DNA of 64,000 nucleotides from Oopsacas minuta. Taxonomy: Eukaryota > Animalia > Porifera. The position numbers and the translations under genes are program-made. How positions within the stretch are numbered: position 1 is the first letter of the stretch; each line of letters begins with the position of its first letter. The stretch is from the NCBI GenBank assembly GCA_024704765.1, contig JAKMXF010000313.1:150675-214674 (forward strand), written 5' to 3'. The notes under the pieces were generated by a model. The model was not told where the DNA came from. It worked only from the letters and a program-made list of their open reading frames with translations, and ran no database searches. This document shows positions 54,368 through 62,302 of this stretch, one piece after another.

Positions 54368-57300
54368 AACAAAGATTCTTTTAGGCAACATTTCAATCTG
54401 GTTGCAATCAATATTTGTGTCATACTATGTAGGTATATCTATTGAAACAATCACAGAAATATACAGACTTCGTTATACGGTAAAATTAGCTTAGACCGAA
54501 AACAGTATTGTGTACTTATCGATATCTCGTAATCCTGTAATGCTAGACACAGGAAATGTATTATTGTCGTATAGGAAGTGTGTATTAATTTCACTTCAGG
54601 CTACATAACGTGTCGTCAATCTAGAAAACCCAAATTATTTTCGAAATGTGCCAATTAATTCGCTTAGTAAGCACTAATTTAGTGAAATTAATTACTCTAT
54701 ATTGCTCTATAATGGATATAGAACAATAAATGTTGATCTTTGATGAAAATGTTCAAATACTAAATTATCTTATACACAATATCCAAAATTTTGTCATGAT
54801 AAAGTTGGCACGTTTCCGAGTTACAGTAAAGACCATGGAGGCAGGGGCGGTCCCAGGATTTTGCATACAAGGCCAAGGCCGGGGCAAGATTTCAAATCCT
54901 GGCCAAATGTCCCGTTTGCCCCCCCCCCCCACGGGGACCGCCACTGCATGGAGGACACATGTTTTGTCAGTATCCACTTATAACTCGATACTCGTTAAAA
55001 TTATGGTCTATTCCGGATAGCCAATATCGAGCACATATCCAACTTTCTATACCCTTGTAATACAATATTGCATATTAGAAAGGTGTGAAAAACTCATAAC
55101 TTGGATCCTACAAATAATTTAGGTAAGTCAATGTTATCTAAGGACAAATGTTGTCAGGGTACCTTTTTGTGAACCCTACTCCTATTTGACCTAATCTTGT
55201 CATAATTTATACTCCCTAATATTATGCAAACCATAACATATGAGCGAAATTAATTAGTTAATAATGAAACTGTCTTCATATTAAGGCGAAGTACGCTACT
55301 GACTGTATTTAGATATTGTTTTATAGCAATTTATATTTTCATTACTATTTTCAGTTACTCATTAGCTATTTAGTTCTAGCCAATTCCTATTATTATGGCT
55401 GAATGTTTACCCACTACATATGCCGTATCTTGTCCTGCAAAGATAATCCTACATGGAGAGCATGCAGTAGTGTATGGTAAGGCTGCTATAGGAACCAGCA
55501 TTGACTTGCGTACATATGCGATTCTAAAAAATACAAGATTATCATCTGACGCGGATAATGTGGTAATTAGTTTTAAAATGCCGCAGATAGATGTTGATGT
55601 AAGTTGGCCTTTGGATTCTATCAAGAGTAAGGTGGGAACTGAGTACCCCGAGATGTTAGACGAATTGAAAACGTTAGCTTCTCAAGCTGATTCCGACTCA
55701 AACTCCTATGCATTCGTCGGGTCGTTAGTATTTGTATTTCTCTTCGCTTCTATTTGTGGAAAGACTGATTTGACTCAAAATGTTTGTGTCGAAGTAGACA
55801 CCGAAGCTCCTCTAGGTTCTGGATTAGGATCTTCTGCAGCTCTTTCTGTGTGTGTATCTGCTCTCTTCTTGGTTCTAGCTAATAATATTCAGCTCCCAAG
55901 TGTCAACAACATGGACATTACTATAGCGCAACTTAAAAATGCAATGAGTAAGGGCGAAATGAAACAGGGATACTTTACTCGCGAAAATTTGGGACACATC
56001 AATAACTGGGGGTTTGCGGCAGAAAGAATTGTGCATGGCAATCCATCTGGAATCGACAATGCTCTGTGTACTCACGGTGGCACCATGAGATTTATAGAAG
56101 GGCAGTTTACATCTTTGAAAGCTTTCTCATCTGATTCACCAATTTCTCTTGTTGTTATTGACAGCTGTATCCCCAAAAGTACACAAAAAATGATTTTTGC
56201 AGTGAAAGATAAGCAAATGCAGATCCCTAAAATATTTGACCCTATTTTTGCTAGCATCGACGCTATTAGTGAGCGTTGCTGTCAGGAATTCAATCGAATA
56301 CTCTCTGAAAACTCAGCTCCAGATTACAAACTGTTAGAAGATTTGATCTTCATTAATCATCAGCTGCTATGTGCGATAGGTGTTAGTCGTCTTGAGTTAG
56401 ATAACATCCATCAATTTACTCAACGTTTAGGATTCGTTAGCAAGGTAACAGGCAGTGGTGGAGGGGGCTGTATGCTGGCTCTTGTCACACCTGAAAATGA
56501 AAAGCGCATTCCTATATTGAAGGACGCACTCACTGAAAAAGGTTTCAAGAGTTGGCAGGCTAACTTAGGAGTTCAGGGAATCTGCTATCACTTACCCTCT
56601 AATTCGGATACTTAATAAGCTTACTAATTATTATTTGTATAAATAATCAATTTCTAATTAGGATACATTAATTAAATCTTTTTATGTTTCGACAAGACAT
56701 AGTTACATAGCATTTGTAGACATTAAGAGGGGTTTGAATCGGAATAAAGCCTTTGAAAGGGCTAGAGTCCATATCTGTACACAACTACATATTTAATACT
56801 TACGCTATACATCTACAGGTATCCATTTCTACTACTCTGCTCTACCATTGGAGTATTCAACTTAGCACGTATTACACTACAAATGCTGGTCATCCCTTCA
56901 AACTTCTAAATTATTTACTTTAAAGTATAGCCATGCATATGCAGTGATTATACTTTTTATAATACTACTACATAGGGATCAGAGATGCAGCGATCTGGAC
57001 CGGTTCATCATCCTAAATCGGACAAACGATCCATCACCCATTGTTTACTAGCACTCTATTGGTAAACATACGATTTTCACATATGAAAGCCTCAAGAAAG
57101 TTGAATTATTAAATATGAATGATATTCAGAGAACTCATATTTTATTAGATTCTAAGGCATGTTATAGTTATCTTCATATCTAAACTATCACTGTGAGGCT
57201 AGTAGGTTTAATCATAATACGTAGGTATTAAATTTTGTATTTTCTACACACTGCACTATAGGCTCGACAACATATTGCTTTATTCAACTAACACACATGT

Positions 57301-57693
57301 GTATATTTATATTTTACGATAATTCCTCACCAGATTACAAAGTTGTCTTGCTTCCTCCTCCGTCCTCTTGGTAGGATCCTTCTTCAGAATAGATTTAGCT
57401 GTTTCTGATATTCTCCCGCATCTGATGTCTGCGTTGAATTTATTGAAATTAAAATTAGGAACTTTTGTAAAGTTATCTTCTCTACACTCAGTTGCCTCAG
57501 CTGTGTTAACTACTAATTCCTTCAAATGTTCTTCTGCACTGTTCATAAGTGAATTCATCCGTCTCAAGTTGTCAATCAAGACATTCGCTGTCTTCTTGAA
57601 CTTGTTTTCTCTCGGAAGCTGTCGAGCTTTTTCTAAATTAGAATAACTACGCTTCACTTTAAGTGAATCATCGACCGTCAGATTTGTTTGCAT
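38652..57693 (-). CDS. Cyclic nucleotide-binding domain protein (CNBD2-like), 4 coding exons, ~477 aa, host of nested genes
   Basis: Exons 57693-57331, 54284-53949, 51873-51503, 39015-38652 join with GT-AG in phases 0, 0, 2. cNMP motifs QGDQACSFYFIVSGSV, GSSFGELALIHECKKRATIVS, VYFIVTGQCKV, LTPGDYFGVGE. Start codon is tentative. Confidence 0.75.
43071..45119 (+). CDS. hnRNP U / HNRNPUL1-like (SAP-SPRY-P-loop-RGG), single exon
   Basis: 682 aa. SAP (LKVDKLKAELKRRGVDTTGKKADLVKRL), SPRY (RVGWS, SYAYD, VNFG), Walker A GLPGCGKT, RGG/YGG tail. Confidence 0.9.
   Translation: MSTKEEVENEVSEFVSPLKVDKLKAELKRRGVDTTGKKADLVKRLQDIMVNERLQGEDIPLEPENGTPEVVETDLPDDSVHSTTEQQEYNTHKEMQEIPAETVNPECITEQPSHDCLVAPPPIVEMDTVPETKSEGFDASKAPPDSTEKMDDEECQEPKSKPDPVEELPPLDADTVDEDDADQTMQLEPDPYIPPEDQKLILLDLANCELNLQIMDEGLTAQNIQDGPMQLLWAGGRANFGVKEGKFAFECQVLKSLETTIDHDNIPDPGVRVGWSTDRCPFLLGAAPNSYAYDSSGNIVRDRNLTAYGPSFTEGDVITAMINFESDPPEISFSLNGTGIGLAHQTPKGNREAFFPHIATRQFKLQVNFGATPFQHELPEGFLPLTSGTEEQLIKPGERIGDDKEILFIIGLPGCGKTRWVEKFMMNNEGKRYTHVCDESIQPLFFPDVVRKRTFEGDPVSTFKPLAFKSQLLDGFCQLAARKDRHLIIDARSIFKTTQARRMKPFNGFKRIAIVVHPFDNFLSYRQRQVADYIPRPAVLSQMKIAFYIPEEGELFSEVRFPELMKDKVILSLQGEPQWAPRKDNRRRDRYPRMGRGGRRDYRDYRSHPPGPYRGYYGGSHGYNRGGYAPYPMYGGSYGHSQGGYGYGQGSGYSPGGYNSYRGGYYDRRQSGGNRGNKRPRK
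45918..46052. mobile_element. Tc1/pogo-type MITE with TA TSD
   Basis: TA|CAGTGGATATCGCTTATA ... TATAAGCAATATCCACTG|TA. Confidence 0.7.
47034..47459 (-). CDS. Small TRAF-type zinc-finger protein (or gene fragment)
   Basis: 141 aa with four CxxC...H...C units (e.g. CPERMTTCNNCGVKLRKKISKKHLETCP). No RING or MATH domain. Confidence 0.6.
   Translation of the reverse strand: MSARKVICRLCTSSVKHATIDYHVARVCPEAFKKCTLCKRDIKRKNFALHCEKECCESQKQTKSAKHTFNATENEYVTCNYCFKDFMKSEIGIHAKTLCPERMTTCNNCGVKLRKKISKKHLETCPGWIYSVPNCGNKKQE
49345..50802 (+). CDS. MFS transporter, SLC49A4/DIRC2 (FLVCR family)-like, single exon
   Basis: ~485 aa from ATG 49345, ~12 hydrophobic segments. RLYILFLFS..QN...NTWGP, QFLNGLAGP, LSANWFPSNERNIATAI, FILGPLLVP. 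Confidence 0.85.
   Translation: MDTHYQGSDQSVSAHSNDSIPENSDEIKLLTEDTNVIQGCEHTANTDLKVKSTWFRLYILFLFSSLCFLQNLFVNTWGPMADSVEIALNRNDQGTTVAWLSNSAAIAYIPGVVIFYLIINHLGLRFGVVVATLLVCLCGILRCFIFSTSSIFGTSLLFFAQFLNGLAGPVVVSATTQLSANWFPSNERNIATAISGQSSNIGISISFILGPLLVPDVNTSSFISSSTKSVITNSILHLLYIEAVAAVLLFILIVLYFPSRPKSAPSVSATVDRLNFVSTIKSYSRNYPLILLSLCYAIPVGVNTGWYGFLYPNLRKLSVHVSQNYVGWLGFYMSTAGAFSAVFFSTIAGCFPRRKKLLVVTLFISASILLAFFSFICLDIIQIGDNIYKLLTITGITCGIFLSAVDPILKELIVEVGFPIAEFNSTLTASLIFDIIMILFFGIASLSFLGTTWINWFQLAVYIASAFMILLTPIKLHRLDRDTSY
52023..52764. mobile_element. MITE with ~75-bp TIRs in CNBD2-like intron 2
   Basis: gctaagtgagatgttaacatttggaacatgttaacatct... at the left and its reverse complement ending ...catctcccttagc. 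ATATTT directly flanks both ends. Confidence 0.7.
52974..53293. mobile_element. hAT-type MITE with 8-bp TSD TTTTGAAG
   Basis: TTTTGAAG at 52966-52973 and 53294-53301; termini CAGTGAAGTTTCC / GGAAAACATCACTG. Confidence 0.8.
53899..53925. repeat. (TAA)9 microsatellite
   Basis: Read directly from the sequence. Confidence 0.95.
54289..54363. repeat. (ATT)25 microsatellite
   Basis: Read directly from the sequence; it produces the poly-Y/I/L ORFs in the track. Confidence 0.95.
54842..54946. mobile_element. hAT-type MITE with 8-bp TSD CATGGAGG
   Basis: CATGGAGG at 54834-54841 and 54947-54954; termini CAGGGGCGGTCCC / GGGACCGCCACTG. Confidence 0.8.
55395..56615 (+). CDS. MVK: Mevalonate kinase, single exon
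   Basis: 406 aa. GHMP motifs PAKIILHGEHAVVYGK, PLGSGLGSSAA, HGNPSGIDN, SKVTGSGGGGC. Confidence 0.93.
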   Translation: MAECLPTTYAVSCPAKIILHGEHAVVYGKAAIGTSIDLRTYAILKNTRLSSDADNVVISFKMPQIDVDVSWPLDSIKSKVGTEYPEMLDELKTLASQADSDSNSYAFVGSLVFVFLFASICGKTDLTQNVCVEVDTEAPLGSGLGSSAALSVCVSALFLVLANNIQLPSVNNMDITIAQLKNAMSKGEMKQGYFTRENLGHINNWGFAAERIVHGNPSGIDNALCTHGGTMRFIEGQFTSLKAFSSDSPISLVVIDSCIPKSTQKMIFAVKDKQMQIPKIFDPIFASIDAISERCCQEFNRILSENSAPDYKLLEDLIFINHQLLCAIGVSRLELDNIHQFTQRLGFVSKVTGSGGGGCMLALVTPENEKRIPILKDALTEKGFKSWQANLGVQGICYHLPSNSDT

Positions 57694-58274
57694 ATTTTTA
57701 TAATTGTATATGTTGAAATAATAAATCATTAGGTATAAGATTATATACTTAATGATTCTAAACTTTTGATTGGTAAATAATAGCTTATGAATTTTGAAAC
57801 AGAAATCCATTCGGTTTATGCACTTTATTTCAGGAATTCAGTAATGAAGGAAATAACATTTACAGCGGATGAGAGCAGGCAAAACATATTTCGTTTGAAA
57901 CGTGTTCTTAGATAATCTGCCTTATAACATCAATTCTACTTGGCTCAATTCTGAAAATCTTGTTGTTGTTGTTGTTGTTGCTACAATTCGCTGCTATTAT
58001 AAGTAATACTTGCTTTTTGTATTATATTATAGTTGACAGAGTGATCTTCGCTTCGTTAGCTAAGATTTGAGTTATCTATGTATACGTTAACGTTTTGTAG
58101 CGAAGGAAACGCAATTGACAAATTTATTTCTGTAGATTTAAAAAATTTCGTTTTATGTGATAACTATGATTATGAGTTTAGCTGTAAGTAGAATCACGTT
58201 TATTCGACACATCAAAGAATACTACATATCTTGCAGTAAGTATCTGCTAAATAAATATAATTATTCTATTAGTA

Positions 58275-59084
58275 ATGGTCAATGCTATGGCTGAAAAAAG
58301 TATAGATACGTGCAATAAGAAGTTGAAACAATCAGCAGGAAGAGTAGCTATAATAACTGGTGCATCATCTGGAATCGGTTTAGATCTATTAAAAGCATTG
58401 GCTAGTAGAGGGATCAGAGCTGTAGGATGTGCGAGGAGTATTTCTAGGATTGAAGAGCTATGTATTGATCTGAATGACAAGGTGAGCGGACATATATCAG
58501 CATTCAAGTGTGACGTGAGGATTGAACATGAAGTTAAGTCTATGTTCGAATTCGCTTGCAAAAAGTATGGTAGTGTAGACATATTGGTGAATAATGCTGG
58601 AGTTGGACATGACGCACCTCTGTTAACTGGTGATACTGAGTGTTGGAAGAACATTTTAGATATTAATATTCTGGGTTTATCTATTTGTACTCGGGAGTTT
58701 TATCAACATAGCCTATCCTGTGGCGTTGATAACGGGGATATTATCAATATATGTAGTATTGTAGGACACGTGGTGCCTCCCTCTCCTAGAAATCATTTCT
58801 ATTCTGCTTCAAAGCACGCAGTTACTGCCTTAACGGAGGGTACAAGACAGGAATTGAGTGAGAAGGAATCAAACATCAAAATAAGTCAAATATCTCCTGG
58901 TCTCGTGCACACAGCATTCCATCTCAAACTCATGAATGACGAACAAAGAGGTGAAGAGTATTACAAATTGAATAGTTGTTTGGATCCTAGAGATGTGAGT
59001 CAATCTGTGCTTTACCTCTTGAGTACTCCTGCACATGTTTGTGTACATGAGGTTATTATTCGACCTACACAGCAGTTAGTGTAG
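58275..59084 (+). CDS. DHRS11: Short-chain dehydrogenase/reductase, DHRS11-like, single exon
   Basis: 269 aa. TGASSGIG, NNAG, YSASK catalytic motif, ISQISPGLV, VHEVIIRPTQQ. Confidence 0.8.
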   Translation: MVNAMAEKSIDTCNKKLKQSAGRVAIITGASSGIGLDLLKALASRGIRAVGCARSISRIEELCIDLNDKVSGHISAFKCDVRIEHEVKSMFEFACKKYGSVDILVNNAGVGHDAPLLTGDTECWKNILDINILGLSICTREFYQHSLSCGVDNGDIINICSIVGHVVPPSPRNHFYSASKHAVTALTEGTRQELSEKESNIKISQISPGLVHTAFHLKLMNDEQRGEEYYKLNSCLDPRDVSQSVLYLLSTPAHVCVHEVIIRPTQQLV

Positions 59085-59190
59085 ATAGTGAACTGAAATT
59101 GTTTTAATACCATTCACTCCAAAATTTTATTTTTACTTATTTAAATATCCTTATTTAATATAATTATATATAATTATCACGGAACCGGTT

Positions 59191-62100
59191 CACAGTGTGG
59201 CAATATGGGGAAATAGGCATATTTTAAAAAACATATTTCAATGCATTTTTCGAATTCTCCATAGTTCAATTAGTACGAAAATATCATTGGCAGCATTAGA
59301 AGCAGTTAGGAATCCTAACTACGCACAACTTTGTTATGTGTTTCTAATAATAGAAATATATATTTTCAAACCTCAAATTCCTATGCCCTAATGTATGTAA
59401 TCATATTTGATGTAAATACTAAATATAAGAGTGAAAAACATCTTCTGATAATAAATCTATATTGTAACAACAATTTAATCATTGATAGGTTAGTCTAGAT
59501 ATTCATTTGTACTTTTTTCCGGGTGTCTAGTTTGGCCCTCCCAAAGTTATAATTTGGAATTTTTTCTCATTGATTGAAGTGTAGCATCTCTTGTTTGACA
59601 AAATTTGACAAAACGTTATTAATATATAAGTAATGTTACTATATTTAGTCAACTATTTAATCACTTTCCAGGCTTGCCAAAAGCTGCCCAAAAATTTATC
59701 ACGTCATTCATTGTCCGGACCGGACAAAAATCCGAAAAATATATTTTTCATACGTTTTAAATTTTTTCAGTAAAATTCTATATTTTGCTGGTTATTAGTT
59801 ATTCCAATACTCTACAATCATATATCATAATGTTTCTATGTTAAAGTAGCCCTTTTGCGGATCATGTCTGTACTAATCACCAACAATGAGGCATATAGTT
59901 TGTATATTTCGAATGGAAGAAGTGTTACAGTCTCTGTTAGGAAACTTATTGAGAACAACCATTTATCCGAAGAAGAAACTGCTACTCTTCATTTAAAATT
60001 TAAATCACTTCTAACATCCAGAGAGGCTTACCGCAGGAAGGATCTTGAAACATGGGATAATATGATTTTCCACTCTACTCATCTAACAATATCCAATCCA
60101 AGAAAGAGAATATCGCTTGATCCTGAATTTTCTTTAGTCACTGATTCTGAAAATCGAAACTTTTCAGAACAGATTGTAACTGAATCCCGGAAGCATATTC
60201 TCGAATGTCACATGAAGACTTCCAGATCGAGACTTGGTGTTCTTTTAGAGCATGTGGACTTTTTAGGAGAGAGAGAAAAGATTGAGCCTAAACAACTACT
60301 CGCTCTAGCTTTAGAATTAGTCTCAAATAAATCCTATGACCGTGATACTTCAGACATGTGCAGAGAAATAATTGATAAGGGATCTTTTAGCGGTGTATTG
60401 AACAAAGTACAAATCTCTAAATGTGCTTATATATTGGACAGATTAGAAATTGGGGCGAGTAAATACACGAATCTGAAAAGAATTCTCAAAGGTGATGTTA
60501 AGCTTCCTTCCTATAAACTTGTCTCGCAATATCGTAGGGAAATAAGCCTAATAAATGAAATGGAAATAGTCAGAGACCCCGAAGCATTGTCAATTGGGAC
60601 TTGCGTCTCTTATCATTCCATCCTTAGTCTGACCATTCAACGCTTGCTTTCAACATTAGACCCAGTTCCTGATTCACACTACCCACTCAAAATTAAGATA
60701 TCTGATGGATTGGATGGCTCCGGTTGTCATCAAACCTATAACCAACAAAGCAACAATTCTGCATTAAGCACAAAAACTTTCATTTTGTTCGGATTCAAAG
60801 TAATATCAATTACAGACACACTTGGAAATGACGTGTTCTATAACAGCTCACCCAACTCTCCGTTCTGCTTTAGGCCAGTAGCACTGATAGCTCTGAAAGA
60901 AGATTATTCTAGTGTAAAGCTTATCATGAATACAATAGTCAATCCTCAAACAGACCATATCATACAGGATGGGTTATCTCTTATTGGAGGCCATGCACAG
61001 GTCGAGATAGTCCGTTCCCTTTTTGATACCAAGATGGCAGGATTGCTGGATGGAGCTGGTGGGGCTTCTTGTCATCTGTGTACTGCAACGGATAGCCAAA
61101 TTAAAAGTTTAGAATGGGCCCATTCTGGTTTCCCTATTAACAGACTAATTAGCGACGCTCGGCAACTTTTTGAAGAGGTTGATGAAGAAGATTACTTGAA
61201 ACTCCCATCAAATCAACGTGTTGGTATTACGCATCAACCAACTTCTAACATCGATATTATAGCTGCATCTCCTTTGCATGCTTACCTTTGTGTATTCAGG
61301 TGGTTCATGCTGTTGATATACCATCTTGATGCAGGACACAAGGTATGGGCGCCATCAAACTCGAAAGTAAATTTTTCCATGAAACGGGTTCGAGTTATAC
61401 TCCAGGAAAGATGTAATTTCAGTGTCGATATCCCTTCAAGCCAGGGCGGCACTTCAACCACTGGTAACATTGCGCGAGACTGCTTTTTAAATAAGAGAGA
61501 CTTTTTGACGTGGGCCACTTCTTCCATTAATCCTTCAGATAAAATATCATTAGAGAAGATCCAGACAAATCTATCTGTTTTGTTAAGACTCCTCAACAGT
61601 GGTGACTTGATTAACTGTGACAAAATGCAAGAATTGTGCAAAGAAACGTACGAATTTATTCTAATTGAGTACCCATGGGCAAGCATCACTCCATCTTTGC
61701 ACAAGTTACTTGCCCATTCGTTTCAGTTAATAGGTGCTTATAATAATGGTAAGGGATTACAGAATCTCTCTGAGGAATGTTTAGAATCCTGCAATAAATT
61801 TGTAAGGCGGTATCGGGAGAATCTTGCAAGAAAAACTTCTTTCACTGATAATGTTAGAGATATTTTAGTCAGGTTGTTATGTTGTAGTGACCCCATCTTA
61901 GTACAGAATCGTTTGATGCACGCAAAGAAGAAAAGAGACGTTGCAAATAGCCTCCAAGAGATATTATATAATAGTATACTATCAGATGATTTATGATAAT
62001 AAGTATATCCAATAGTCATACATAATTAAGGGTCATTAAATTGTACGTTATCAAATAGCAGAATAGAGACCATGACATGCATGTATTATCAACTTTCATA

Positions 62101-62302
62101 ATATCCTCACTAATGAACCACAAGTGTTAAAAATTAGAAAATGTCAGTAATTACGTCATAACTAGGTTTATAGTCGTGCTACTAAATAATCATTGGTATT
62201 TTTGAAATCTACAGTGTCGATTTAGTATATGTAAGTATAATTGTGGCGATAATACAGATTCATTTACCTATTTCCCCATTATGGCCATTTTGCCACACTG
62301 TG
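59191..62302 (+). mobile_element. Complete autonomous Transib/RAG1-like DNA transposon (3112 bp)
   Basis: TSD CGGTT at 59186-59190 and 62303-62307. TIRs begin CACAGTGTGGCAA at both ends and share a second block ATGGGGAAATAGG. One long transposase ORF. Confidence 0.93.
59864..61996 (+). CDS. Transib/RAG1-like DDE transposase (~710 aa from ATG 59864)
   Basis: GLDGSG (D, codon 60713), LFDTKM (D, 61025), SEECLESCNK (E, 61784), CHLC and HKLLAH zinc ligands, FRPVAL, SPLHA, TTGNIAR, RRYRENLARK, SDP. No stops or frameshifts. Confidence 0.93.
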   Translation: MSVLITNNEAYSLYISNGRSVTVSVRKLIENNHLSEEETATLHLKFKSLLTSREAYRRKDLETWDNMIFHSTHLTISNPRKRISLDPEFSLVTDSENRNFSEQIVTESRKHILECHMKTSRSRLGVLLEHVDFLGEREKIEPKQLLALALELVSNKSYDRDTSDMCREIIDKGSFSGVLNKVQISKCAYILDRLEIGASKYTNLKRILKGDVKLPSYKLVSQYRREISLINEMEIVRDPEALSIGTCVSYHSILSLTIQRLLSTLDPVPDSHYPLKIKISDGLDGSGCHQTYNQQSNNSALSTKTFILFGFKVISITDTLGNDVFYNSSPNSPFCFRPVALIALKEDYSSVKLIMNTIVNPQTDHIIQDGLSLIGGHAQVEIVRSLFDTKMAGLLDGAGGASCHLCTATDSQIKSLEWAHSGFPINRLISDARQLFEEVDEEDYLKLPSNQRVGITHQPTSNIDIIAASPLHAYLCVFRWFMLLIYHLDAGHKVWAPSNSKVNFSMKRVRVILQERCNFSVDIPSSQGGTSTTGNIARDCFLNKRDFLTWATSSINPSDKISLEKIQTNLSVLLRLLNSGDLINCDKMQELCKETYEFILIEYPWASITPSLHKLLAHSFQLIGAYNNGKGLQNLSEECLESCNKFVRRYRENLARKTSFTDNVRDILVRLLCCSDPILVQNRLMHAKKKRDVANSLQEILYNSILSDDL

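Noticed and set aside
54177-54445. Poly-Tyr, poly-Ile and poly-Leu ORFs
   Set aside because: Three frames of the (ATT)25 microsatellite.
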